Of a stretch of 41,365 bases of DNA, positions 19,114-27,711 are shown piece by piece. Each line of letters begins with the position of its first letter. Positions within the stretch are counted from its first letter, which is position 1. The notes below the pieces were generated by a model. The model did no database searches. It saw only the letters and a list, made by a program, of their open reading frames with translations, and was not told the origin of the DNA. The DNA is from a virus (Duplodnaviria; Caudoviricetes). The position numbers and the translations under genes are program-made. The stretch covers positions 1 to 41,365 of IMG/VR virus record IMGVR_UViG_3300025598_000072; one strand, written 5' to 3'.

Positions 19114-20478
19114 TTAGTCCTGTACCGCTTCATACATTTTTTCTTTCACTAACTTCATGATTGACATTATTACTTTGCCTTCTGGTAAAGAAAACTTTTC
19201 TACTGTATAAGGCGGTAGTATTTTTTTATCGTTTGTTGGATTATGTACTTTATTCCACTTCTCATTTAAATCGTTAGCTACATCACTTGCTACGGAATCT
19301 TTTCTAAAAGCTAATGTATGATATTTCGAATCTAATTTATCATCAAAAATAAGTTGTTTTACTTGCTTCGGAGTTATCATTTTTCCTTCGTCAACTAATA
19401 CCCAAAATGGAGGACTTTCATATAGTTTAAGAATTAGATCACTATCTGAAGATTTATCTTTAGGAAGATAATTTCTATAAATTTCTAGATTCTTTTGGAA
19501 TTGAGTTATAAATTCTTCTGAACCTAATATTTCTTGTAACATATTGGTCCATACTGTTTTAAATTCGTCACTACCGAGTTTACCTTCATACTCATCATAT
19601 TTTGAAGTAGTTTCACCGTCCGCGCGTGAGTTAACTAGTTTCGATTGGACTTCTCTCATTACTACTGGAGCAAATCTAAGTGTTCTATCAACTAATCTAC
19701 TTTCTGTACTCTCCACACCGGCATCTCGATTTTTTGATCGTGCTTTGACTTTAAATCTTTGTACGCTAGGACCTGCAGCTCCTAACGTTCTACTACGTCG
19801 TCCACTGAATTGAGCATCAGGAAGATCACCTAATGATGGATCTTCTCTAACTTCTAATCTATAAACTAACATTTCATCCGGCTTACCGAAACCTACATAT
19901 TTTTTCATTTCGTCTGCAACATTAATTAAACGCTCACCTGTTTTAGGATCTTTCTTTTCTAATGCACCATAACGGCCGAGACGTGTGGCTTGAAACTCAT
20001 GAATTATAATATCATCATGATTTTTAACAGACGCATACATTATATATGGTTGTAGATCATGTCTAGATTGTGCTCTAGGATTAAAAGATTGATCCGGTCT
20101 TAACGCCGCTAATTTTGGTTCCAGCCATTCCTGTTTAGGTCTAACTGCAGCCCAACCATTTGGCCCGTGAAAAACAATAAAATTATCATAATGAAGTTTA
20201 AAATCATATGCTTCTAAATTAGTATTCTTAGGATGGTCTTTATGTCGATAAAATATCATCGTAGCACGGTCACTTATATGTAATACGTTATGAAGGTATC
20301 TGGCTAATCTTAAACCTTCTGGGTCTGTACCGAATTTCTTTAATAAAGGACTAGCTTCAAATAATGATTCTACTTCTTCAAAAATACCCGCTTCTCTAAG
20401 TGCAGATTCGAAGGCCGCATCCTCCTCTAGAAAATCTAATTTACTTTTTAATAATTTTATTAAATTAATATCGGACAT
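19114..20478 (-). CDS. Hypothetical protein (454 aa), probable late/virion protein
   Basis: ATAAATA on - strand 20503-20509; Glu-rich N-terminus. Confidence 0.7.
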   Translation of the reverse strand: MSDINLIKLLKSKLDFLEEDAAFESALREAGIFEEVESLFEASPLLKKFGTDPEGLRLARYLHNVLHISDRATMIFYRHKDHPKNTNLEAYDFKLHYDNFIVFHGPNGWAAVRPKQEWLEPKLAALRPDQSFNPRAQSRHDLQPYIMYASVKNHDDIIIHEFQATRLGRYGALEKKDPKTGERLINVADEMKKYVGFGKPDEMLVYRLEVREDPSLGDLPDAQFSGRRSRTLGAAGPSVQRFKVKARSKNRDAGVESTESRLVDRTLRFAPVVMREVQSKLVNSRADGETTSKYDEYEGKLGSDEFKTVWTNMLQEILGSEEFITQFQKNLEIYRNYLPKDKSSDSDLILKLYESPPFWVLVDEGKMITPKQVKQLIFDDKLDSKYHTLAFRKDSVASDVANDLNEKWNKVHNPTNDKKILPPYTVEKFSLPEGKVIMSIMKLVKEKMYEAVQD

Positions 20479-20534
20479 AATTAACCCTTGTTTGTTTACA
20501 ATTATTTATGCCCATTTAGAGAATAAATATCCAT

Positions 20535-21044
20535 ATGAGAATACATGAACTTCCTCAGTCTTTTGATATACAAGAAATCAAAATCAAAAAAACTATAAAA
20601 GAATCATTTTTATGGGGCTCTAATATTTCAGATTATATATACACCCAACTATTAGATAACAGTACTACAAAGGAAATATATGATCATTTTAATGCAACTT
20701 ATAAAGAAATAGCCGATTGTTATCCAATAAGATATAACTATTCGACAGATAAACAATCTATAAGCGATAAATTTGATGATTTGTTAAAAAAATATGATTT
20801 TTCTCCAGACTGGGGGTATTCTACTATAACAGTGCATCAAAATGGTGCGTATACTGTTACTCAAACATTTGTGAACAATAAAAATGGTTGGGGAATATGG
20901 GCAGAACAGAGCCATGACAGTTTAAGCAAAAAAGAAATTACCTTTATGTTTTCCGTGGGAACTAAGGATATTGAAGATTTAAAAATGTTTGAAAAAGAAC
21001 TAAAAGGCACAATTTTAGCAATAACACAAGGCCCTCCATTCTAA
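20535..21044 (+). CDS. Hypothetical late protein
   Basis: ATAAATA 20523-20529; starts MRIHEL. Confidence 0.7.
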   Translation: MRIHELPQSFDIQEIKIKKTIKESFLWGSNISDYIYTQLLDNSTTKEIYDHFNATYKEIADCYPIRYNYSTDKQSISDKFDDLLKKYDFSPDWGYSTITVHQNGAYTVTQTFVNNKNGWGIWAEQSHDSLSKKEITFMFSVGTKDIEDLKMFEKELKGTILAITQGPPF

Positions 21045-21048
21045 AATT

Positions 21049-21285
21049 GTGAATCTCTGCAACATAAAAAACAATAAACAAGCAATCATTGAATCTGTAC
21101 ACGGCGAACAAGCACAACAACTACAAGAAATCGGGTTCGTTCCGGGAGCTAGAGTAACTGTTATAGCTCGAGCACCATTTAATGGCCCTATAGCTGTCCG
21201 TGTTGATAACTCTACATTTGCTCTGAGAATCGAAGAAGCTGAACAAATAAATATTCATAATCATGAAGATCTCTCAACTACTTAA
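21049..21285 (+). CDS. feoA: FeoA-family protein
   Basis: LQEIGFVPGARVTVIARAPFNGPIAVRVDNSTFALRIEEAEQI is the FeoA signature; GTG start. Confidence 0.85.
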   Translation: MNLCNIKNNKQAIIESVHGEQAQQLQEIGFVPGARVTVIARAPFNGPIAVRVDNSTFALRIEEAEQINIHNHEDLSTT

Positions 21286-21790
21286 CGAATCAATATGGAA
21301 ATATCCTAATGATTTTATTTTAAGACAAATCGAATCAACTCAACATGAGTTAGATGAAATTGAAGATCAAATAAAAGAGAGTACAGAATGGATCGAAAAT
21401 CTAAGAGCAGCTCATGAAGATTTTATAGAATTTTTGATGAGCCATTACCATTTATCTATAAACTGGAATCGGAGTGGCTTTCTTGACGAAGGTACATTAT
21501 ATGATGGTTACGATAATGTTAAGGCCACTGATATTCTTTGGACCGTTTATGATTCCCCTATCCTTACTATTATAATATTGATGTACACTGTCGAACAAGA
21601 ACCAGGACAAGGATACGACAGATTTAGAAAATTTATGAACTGTAGTCTATACACTGATAATCCTAAATTAGAAAAGGCTATCACCACAGCTCTAAGTCTT
21701 ATTAAACCACCCGGATATGGTACTATGCCTCCCGACAAGGCATTGGCAATTTCTAAAGAACAGATCATACGATTGGGGCTCCCCGCCTAA
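21263..21790 (+). CDS. Divergent member of the MKIxQ paralog family
   Basis: MKISQLLNES...YPNDFILRQIE matches the array at 36-40 kb; ATAAATA 21247-21253. Confidence 0.7.
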   Translation: MKISQLLNESIWKYPNDFILRQIESTQHELDEIEDQIKESTEWIENLRAAHEDFIEFLMSHYHLSINWNRSGFLDEGTLYDGYDNVKATDILWTVYDSPILTIIILMYTVEQEPGQGYDRFRKFMNCSLYTDNPKLEKAITTALSLIKPPGYGTMPPDKALAISKEQIIRLGLPA

Positions 21791-21905
21791 CACCCTTCTT
21801 CGAGAAATCGGAGCGCAGATTTTTCCAACCATTATATACCAATATAATCCAGACCTATACTACCCCTAAAAATCTGCTACGCAAATTTTCCATACCATGG
21901 AGATC

Positions 21906-21934
21906 TTGACCTATGGCGGTTTATATAGTATAAT
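21906..21934 (+). promoter_or_regulatory. Sigma70-type promoter
   Basis: TTGACC-17 nt-TATAAT. Confidence 0.7.
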
Positions 21935-21941
21935 CGAACGT

Positions 21942-22139
21942 ATGATAGATACGATAATATGCTACTTAGAAGATCCTCAATCTAAAAAGATTATACAAGC
22001 AGATTCGGAACATTATTATCTAACAGAAATTATAGAACATAATAAATTAATCCTACATCGGTTTGTAAAAAATAGCTCTGAACATACCCTTTTCTTACTT
22101 AAATATAGCAATCATATAGAACCGGGAATAATGGAATAA
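21942..22139 (+). CDS. Small paralog 1 (HTLFLLKYS family)
   Basis: Shared C-terminal motif; start moved to 21942 because the promoter overlaps the upstream ATG region. Confidence 0.65.
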   Translation: MIDTIICYLEDPQSKKIIQADSEHYYLTEIIEHNKLILHRFVKNSSEHTLFLLKYSNHIEPGIME

Positions 22140-22142
22140 ACT

Positions 22143-22346
22143 ATGACAACACAAATTATATATGCTCAACAACTTAATGGAAAAATAATAAAAATAGATC
22201 CCGCACATAGCTATCTAGATGATTGGGCTAGACAATACCAAATAACTCTTTATCGTTTCGATAAAAATAGTCTCGATCATACCCTTTTCTTGCTTAAATA
22301 CAGCGATCATATAGAAAATCATAATCACTCGGGTAGTGTAAAATGA
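22143..22346 (+). CDS. Small paralog 2 (HTLFLLKYS family)
   Basis: FDKNSLDHTLFLLKYSDHI. Confidence 0.7.
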   Translation: MTTQIIYAQQLNGKIIKIDPAHSYLDDWARQYQITLYRFDKNSLDHTLFLLKYSDHIENHNHSGSVK

Positions 22347-22537
22347 AAATTCAATATATAGAAGATCCTCTAACAGGCACTATTATAAAACAATCTGCTG
22401 ACTATTTTATTAGCGATGATTGGTTACATAGTCAAGGTCCCGGCGGGTTTAAATACTACGAATTCGATATCAATAGCCCTAAACACACTTTATTCTTACT
22501 TAAATATAGTGACCATATAGTGCAGATTTATATATAG
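22343..22537 (+). CDS. Small paralog 3 (HTLFLLKYS family)
   Basis: FDINSPKHTLFLLKYSDHI. Confidence 0.7.
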   Translation: MKIQYIEDPLTGTIIKQSADYFISDDWLHSQGPGGFKYYEFDINSPKHTLFLLKYSDHIVQIYI

Positions 22538-22545
22538 GAAATTGT

Positions 22546-23106
22546 ATGGAATATTATATAGGAAAAAGTAAAATTACTTACGGCTTATTTAGCTATGGAT
22601 GTGAAAATATCTTAATTAAAGAAGCAGGGGAAGGAAAAAATTTGACTATAGGAAATTTTTGTTCTATTGCTCCCCCATTAACAGTATTTTTAGGAGCTGA
22701 ACATAGATCAGATTGGATTACGACATATCCATTTGGACATATTCATGAATCAGAATTAGGAACAGAACGTTTTATAGGTCACCCACATAGTAAAGGAAAT
22801 GTAATTATAGGTCATGATGTATGGATAGGATACGATGTCACTATTATGAGTGGCGTTAGCATAGGCGATGGCGCAATTATCGGATCTAAAAGTTTAGTGA
22901 CTAAAGATGTCTTACCCTATCAAATCGTAGGAGGAAACCCTGCTAGAACTATACGAAATAGATTTGGCGAAGATATTATAAAACTATTATTAAAATTAAA
23001 ATGGTGGGACTTGCCTATCGAAGAAATTAAAAAAATTAAAAATATATTGAGCAATACTCCCTCTGTCGAAATCATTACCGATCTGATAAAACAATATAGA
23101 AATTAA
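22546..23106 (+). CDS. CatB/Vat-like hexapeptide-repeat O-acetyltransferase
   Basis: IGNFCSIA, TTYPF, IGHDVWIG, IGDGAIIG, VTKDV, VGGNPA, LKWWD. Confidence 0.88.
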   Translation: MEYYIGKSKITYGLFSYGCENILIKEAGEGKNLTIGNFCSIAPPLTVFLGAEHRSDWITTYPFGHIHESELGTERFIGHPHSKGNVIIGHDVWIGYDVTIMSGVSIGDGAIIGSKSLVTKDVLPYQIVGGNPARTIRNRFGEDIIKLLLKLKWWDLPIEEIKKIKNILSNTPSVEIITDLIKQYRN

Positions 23107-24017
23107 TTCGAACTAATAACAGGATCCGTGACTACCATTTGAGGCCCTACATTGGTATATCTAATCATGAAATTACCACTATGTAAATCTATGGTATGGT
23201 TTAAACGAACAATTAATTGAAACGCTTGTACTAACTTACGATCACGTATATTACTATAATCACCCCGGCGAACTGCTTGAGATAACACTTTCACTAACTC
23301 AGTCCAAATACTATAACTATGATGATCCGTAGGCAAATCAATAGGCGTGATAAAAATACGATTGGCAAAACTGGCAAATAAATCTGGATGAATATGCGGT
23401 ACAGCTTCATACGCATCATACAATCTTTCCATGGTATAGGCAAATCGTATGCCTTTACTGGTTTTAAAAGAATCAGCTACATAAATCCTGGGCAAATAGG
23501 GATTGTTACTCATTAACGGCTGTATGGCACGTACATACTGATAATAGGCATTACTGGTAGGATCAGTGGGCTTCCGCTCAACTTTGACTATTAATGCAGG
23601 ATCACTACTATGCTCAAATACTACAGCTTCTACTCCATCACCGATATTGACTCCTAACGGTAAACGGTCTAACCAAGCTTGCTCCGCTGCTTCAGATCTG
23701 TTACGAGATAAACGCTGCAAAAACGATGGCTTGGCAGCGGCAGGCTGCTGCGTTTGTATAATGTCATCTCGATCTTCATCTAATCTATAACGCCCTACTC
23801 GATAGGTGTTCTTGGTACCCTTCACTGTCTGCCCTGTAACTAAAGCACGGCTAGCTGCTTTAGAATCAACTCCCTTTCTTGCAGCCCACGCTTCTAAATC
23901 CATTACTACATACTGCTTATGCTTTTTGCTTAAACGAGAAGTATTGTTAGGATCACATACTTGTATGAGATACCCATTATGATCTCGATCAATAATCTTA
24001 AACTCATATATGCGCAT
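23103..24017 (-). CDS. Protein kinase-like fold protein
   Basis: IGDGVEAVVF, IVKVE, LPRIY, YTMERL, DLHSGNFM, VTDP; ATAAATA 24025-24031. Confidence 0.75.
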   Translation of the reverse strand: MRIYEFKIIDRDHNGYLIQVCDPNNTSRLSKKHKQYVVMDLEAWAARKGVDSKAASRALVTGQTVKGTKNTYRVGRYRLDEDRDDIIQTQQPAAAKPSFLQRLSRNRSEAAEQAWLDRLPLGVNIGDGVEAVVFEHSSDPALIVKVERKPTDPTSNAYYQYVRAIQPLMSNNPYLPRIYVADSFKTSKGIRFAYTMERLYDAYEAVPHIHPDLFASFANRIFITPIDLPTDHHSYSIWTELVKVLSQAVRRGDYSNIRDRKLVQAFQLIVRLNHTIDLHSGNFMIRYTNVGPQMVVTDPVISSN

Positions 24018-24086
24018 AATTGAGTATTTATTAAAAACCCAAGGTCTATACTAACCCTAAAAAATTACTACGCAAAATTTTTAAAC

Positions 24087-24365
24087 CTAGAAAATAATAT
24101 CATTGTCAACAAAATATCCCTCAATGATATTACACACTAACTGCGGATGACAATGCACATACTCACTACGTACCGTGAATCTATCCTTTAATATGCTTAA
24201 TATCCTACTCTCATGTAATCGATCAGGTATACTATACGTTTTTAAAAAATAACATTGAGGATTGGCGGTCCTATATGCTCGAAGCCTATTGTCAGGATTG
24301 CCCGTAATACCTAACTTACAACGGTGCGGCTTGTCTGGATCTACCATGATGTAATAGTAAAGCAT
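24087..24365 (-). CDS. GIY-YIG-like (T5orf172/MUG113) protein
   Basis: YYYIM...CKLGITGNPDNRLRAYRTANP...E...SEY; likely start 24365. Confidence 0.7.
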   Translation of the reverse strand: MLYYYIMVDPDKPHRCKLGITGNPDNRLRAYRTANPQCYFLKTYSIPDRLHESRILSILKDRFTVRSEYVHCHPQLVCNIIEGYFVDNDIIF

Positions 24366-24621
24366 ATGTTTATTTACTGTGAGGGGCATAGTACCCTAAA
24401 AATCTGCGCTGCAAAAAATAAAAGGTCTGGAGATCTCGGCCCCTGGTGATTTTTAACCCCATGGTGGGAAAAATCGCATGCCGAAAATTTTTTTAAATGC
24501 AAGCTTTTTATTTTATATGCCCCCCACTATATTGCTTGCAAAAGTTTTAAAAGCATGCTTAAGCATGCTTATTTTTTACACGCGCTGTAACACATGCTGT
24601 TACGCATAGCAAGCAAAATAA

Positions 24622-24646
24622 AATAGGGGGACGCAGCCCCCCTATT
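24622..24646. other. Hairpin AATAGGGGG-ACGCAGC-CCCCCTATT containing GGGAC
   Basis: 9-bp perfect stem near the left edge of the depleted zone. Confidence 0.75.
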
Positions 24647-24755
24647 GCATGCACGCTACACACACGCACTGCTTGCATATTGCAGTACACTGTGCTAGCG
24701 CATGCAGCGCACTAGCATATTGTATGCACATTGTACAATTAAATTTAAGTAATAT

Positions 24756-24834
24756 AACTTTGCATAACTTAACAAAACTATGCTTGCATTAAGTGTGCTA
24801 TATGCTAGCATTAGCAACGTAGCAATAACGCTAC
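24756..24834 (+). promoter_or_regulatory. Early promoter cassette copy 1
   Basis: AACTTTGCATAACTTAACAAAA-TTGCAT-16-TAGCAT (TGn extended)-GTAGC aataac GCTAC hairpin. Confidence 0.8.
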
Positions 24835-24855
24835 ATAACACACAGCAGTAACAGT

Positions 24856-25203
24856 ATGCAAACGCAACAACAAGCAGCAACGCAAGCACAAACGCAAACA
24901 AAGCGCAAGTACACTAAGCGCAAACAGCAGTTGCGTTTAGTTACTAGTGCTGCTACTACAGCAGCAGCGCAAGCAGCAGCAAACGCTACTAACAATGCTA
25001 CAGCAAAGCGCAACAGCGCATTGCACACGCAGCGTATGCTTAACTTTGCAACAGCGCAAAACGCAACGCAAATTAACAAAGCATTGTATACTAGCAAAGT
25101 GCGTTATTTGCAAGCATGTATTGCACATAACACAGCAATGCAGCAGTTGCAAGCGCAAATTACTGCACACTTGCTTAAAGTAGCAGTAGTATTACAGTAT
25201 TAA
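24856..25203 (+). CDS. Early protein lacking D/E/G/P/W (115 aa, basic)
   Basis: Framed by promoter cassette and terminator. Confidence 0.65.
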   Translation: MQTQQQAATQAQTQTKRKYTKRKQQLRLVTSAATTAAAQAAANATNNATAKRNSALHTQRMLNFATAQNATQINKALYTSKVRYLQACIAHNTAMQQLQAQITAHLLKVAVVLQY

Positions 25204-25240
25204 AATAAAGCGCACACAGTAACTACAACACTATACAGTT

Positions 25241-25274
25241 GCACACGCTATGCAAGTAGCGTGTGCTTTTTTTT
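25241..25274 (+). terminator. Rho-independent terminator
   Basis: GCACACGCTA-TGCAAG-TAGCGTGTGC-T8. Confidence 0.85.
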
Positions 25275-25311
25275 GCGCATAACAAACACAGCAGCGCACG
25301 CAGCGCACGCA

Positions 25312-25334
25312 GTATAGAGGGACGTTTAAACTAT
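25312..25334 (+). repeat. GTATAGAGGGACGTTTAAACTAT copy 1 (copy 2 at 26258-26280)
   Basis: Exact 23-bp repeat after each terminator. Confidence 0.9.
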
Positions 25335-25506
25335 ATGCGTTGTAGTTTTAAGTAGCAAGTTACACACAGCAGCGCACGCAGCGCACGCGCTGCACAGGGA
25401 CGCAGCGTCCCAGTTTTGTGCGCTATAAAACTTGTATAGTTTTTGTATGTATAAAAAAATGTGTATGTATAACGTCCCTGTGCTAACGTGTGCAGCGCGT
25501 ATAAAA

Positions 25507-25584
25507 AACTTTGCATAACTTAACAAAAAAACGCTTGTATTACTTGCGCGTTATGCTAAACTAAAAAACGTAGCAGTACGCTAC
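25507..25584 (+). promoter_or_regulatory. Early promoter cassette copy 2
   Basis: Same architecture: TTGTAT...TGcTAAACT, GTAGC/GCTAC hairpin. Confidence 0.8.
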
Positions 25585-25605
25585 GCAACACAAAAAGCAC
25601 AGCAT

Positions 25606-26172
25606 ATGCAACAACAGCAACAACAAGTAGCGCAGCAAGTAGCAGCGCTATTAGCAAACACAAGCGTAACTTTTGCTTGTGTACAGTACACAACGCAAGT
25701 AGCAACAGCAGCAGCGCATAAGCACGTAAACATACAAAAGCACACAGTTGCTAACGTGCAATTGTTTGCAAACATTAACGCTGCTACAAGCGTATTTGCT
25801 AACGCTGTAAAGCGTAATGCACAGCAACATGCTAACTGCGCAGCAGCAGTTGCAAACTTTACAGCACAGCAAAATTACTTTATGCACACTAACTGCTACA
25901 GCATTGTGCAGCATAAAAACAACAGTAATTTGTACTTGTATTGCATTTACAACAATGCGCGTAGTTACTACACAATTAACAACGTGCGTGCTACTAAGCA
26001 GCAAGTTGCACAATACTTAACAGCAAGCGCAGCACAGCAGTTACTTAACGCTAGCAACGTAACGCACAACAAAACGCACAACGTAACGCATAGCGTTGTA
26101 GTGCGTACAATTGCTTTGCACAACATACAGCGCATTAAAGCAAAGCGTAAACAGTTACAGTTTGCAGCGTAA
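25606..26172 (+). CDS. Early protein lacking D/E/G/P/W (188 aa)
   Basis: Framed by promoter and terminator; globular-looking hydrophobic pattern (YSIVQHK, LYLYCIY, VRTIAL). Confidence 0.75.
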   Translation: MQQQQQQVAQQVAALLANTSVTFACVQYTTQVATAAAHKHVNIQKHTVANVQLFANINAATSVFANAVKRNAQQHANCAAAVANFTAQQNYFMHTNCYSIVQHKNNSNLYLYCIYNNARSYYTINNVRATKQQVAQYLTASAAQQLLNASNVTHNKTHNVTHSVVVRTIALHNIQRIKAKRKQLQFAA

Positions 26173-26193
26173 CTAAGCGCACAGCAACACGCA

Positions 26194-26226
26194 GCACACG
26201 CTATGCAAATAGCGTGTGTTTTTTTT
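26194..26226 (+). terminator. Rho-independent terminator (near copy of 25241)
   Basis: GCACACGCTA-TGCAAA-TAGCGTGTGT-T7. Confidence 0.85.
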
Positions 26227-26398
26227 GCGCGTAACAAACACAAACACAATAGCAGTTGTATAGAGGGACGTTTAAACTATGCGCGTTGTAGTTTTACAAG
26301 TAGCAGCAGCGTGCGCTGTACAGAGGGACGCAGCGTGTATGTATAATGTTAACGCCCCCCTCTATTGTGCGCGTGCGTGCTGTTACAGCGTGTGTTTA

Positions 26399-26477
26399 AA
26401 CTTTGCAAAACTTAACAAAAATGTGCTTGCGTTAGTTGTGCATTGTGCTATTATTAGCAACGTAGCAATAACGCTAC
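26399..26477 (+). promoter_or_regulatory. Early promoter cassette copy 3
   Basis: TTGCGT-16-TATTAT with TG extension; 5' hairpin. Confidence 0.8.
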
Positions 26478-26496
26478 AAACACAAAGTAACTTAAA

Positions 26497-26676
26497 ATGC
26501 ATATTGCAACTAATATTTACTTAAAAAATACAGCGCAAGTAACGCAACAACAAATTGCGTTGTTTAACGCGCTGCAACAGCAAGTTAACGCACTTGTAGC
26601 ACAGTACGCTAATATTATTAGCGACGACGCTGTAAGCGCGTACATTTGCGACGACGCTAACGTAGCGTTGTATTAA
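26497..26676 (+). CDS. 59-aa protein missed by ORF track; paralog of 27236-27427
   Basis: MHIATNIYLK...QQQIALFNALQQQVNALVAQY...YICDDANVALY. Confidence 0.7.
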   Translation: MHIATNIYLKNTAQVTQQQIALFNALQQQVNALVAQYANIISDDAVSAYICDDANVALY

Positions 26677-26737
26677 CTTGTAACAGCGTGCACAGTAGCG
26701 TATACTGTGCACGCACTTAACAAAAAGTAGTAATATT

Positions 26738-26971
26738 ATGCATACACTGGAAGTAAATTATCCGCTTGCGTTGTATATTAACAACGCAGACATTGATAGC
26801 GACATTATTGCTGCTGTAGCTGTAGCTAGCAACGGCAGTGGCGCGGGTTTTGGCATACGCGACATTACGTTTACGTTTAACACTGCTGCTGCTGCTAATG
26901 CTGCTGCTGCGCGTGCTAAAACTGTGCATAACAGCATAACGTGCAGCGTGTACGCTAACAGCTACGCTTAA
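26738..26971 (+). CDS. Hypothetical protein (GSGAGFGIRD)
   Basis: ORF downstream of cassette 3; GR steps mostly confined to D/E/G codons. Confidence 0.65.
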   Translation: MHTLEVNYPLALYINNADIDSDIIAAVAVASNGSGAGFGIRDITFTFNTAAAANAAAARAKTVHNSITCSVYANSYA

Positions 26972-27132
26972 ACGCTAGCAGCTAGTTTGCACATGCAAGC
27001 TAGCTGCTGTTACACAGCGGGGCATTAACGTGCGTGCGTAGTTGTTTATGCTACGCACGCACAGCAACTTAAGCAAAGTATAGAGGGGCCGCGTCCCTCT
27101 AAAATACTTTGCATTTTTTTGCTGTGTAGTTT

Positions 27133-27211
27133 AACTTTGCATAACTTAACAAAAATGTGCTTGCGTTAGTTGTGCATTGTGCTATTATTAGCAACGTAGC
27201 AATAACGCTAC
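27133..27211 (+). promoter_or_regulatory. Early promoter cassette copy 4
   Basis: Nearly identical to copy 3. Confidence 0.8.
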
Positions 27212-27235
27212 GCATTACTACAAAGTAGTTACACA

Positions 27236-27427
27236 ATGCAAATACAACTTACAATTGCGCTTAACAACAAAAACAGCAAAAAAGTTGCAATGCAGCAACT
27301 TATGCTATTTAAAAAACTAGAGCAGTATGCTAATATGCTTGTAGAGCAGCATACTGACGCTGTTAACAGCAAAGTGCAAATAGTTAAAGTACACGTATAC
27401 GACGACGCTAATAATTTAATAGTTTAA
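27236..27427 (+). CDS. 63-aa protein; paralog of 26497-26676
   Basis: QQLMLFKKLEQYANMLVEQH...VYDDANN. Confidence 0.7.
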   Translation: MQIQLTIALNNKNSKKVAMQQLMLFKKLEQYANMLVEQHTDAVNSKVQIVKVHVYDDANNLIV

Positions 27428-27489
27428 CTTGCACATATGCGTGCGTAGTGTTATGCTACGCACGCACTTTAACACTAAGGACTTGTAAC

Positions 27490-27711
27490 ATGAGCATGCA
27501 CGCAGATTACACAGACGACGCTACGCGCAACGTGTACGGGCACAAGCATACTAGCGGAGCAGCACGCATTGACGCGCTGCTTATAGACGGCGCTACAGGC
27601 GCTGTGTTGGAGCAGGAGCGCACTAGCTGGCAGGAGCACTTGCGGCACTTGCGCGAAGTACACGGCGTTAACGTAGTTGTTACTGCGCAGGGCGTTTACT
27701 TTATTGGCTAA
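27490..27711 (+). CDS. Hypothetical protein
   Basis: AAGGA RBS, ATG 27490 after conserved hairpin. Confidence 0.65.
   Translation: MSMHADYTDDATRNVYGHKHTSGAARIDALLIDGATGAVLEQERTSWQEHLRHLREVHGVNVVVTAQGVYFIG

Noticed and set aside
24540-27460. Low-complexity or sequencing artefact, or simple microsatellite
   Set aside because: Sequence is non-periodic, has coherent promoters, terminators and paralogous ORFs, and grades into normal composition; read-level confirmation is still advisable
24695-27663. Many overlapping Cys/Val/Ala-rich ORFs on the - strand and in alternative frames
   Set aside because: By-products of the bias (TGA cannot occur on either strand); they lack promoters or terminators, while the + strand ORFs fit the cassettes exactly
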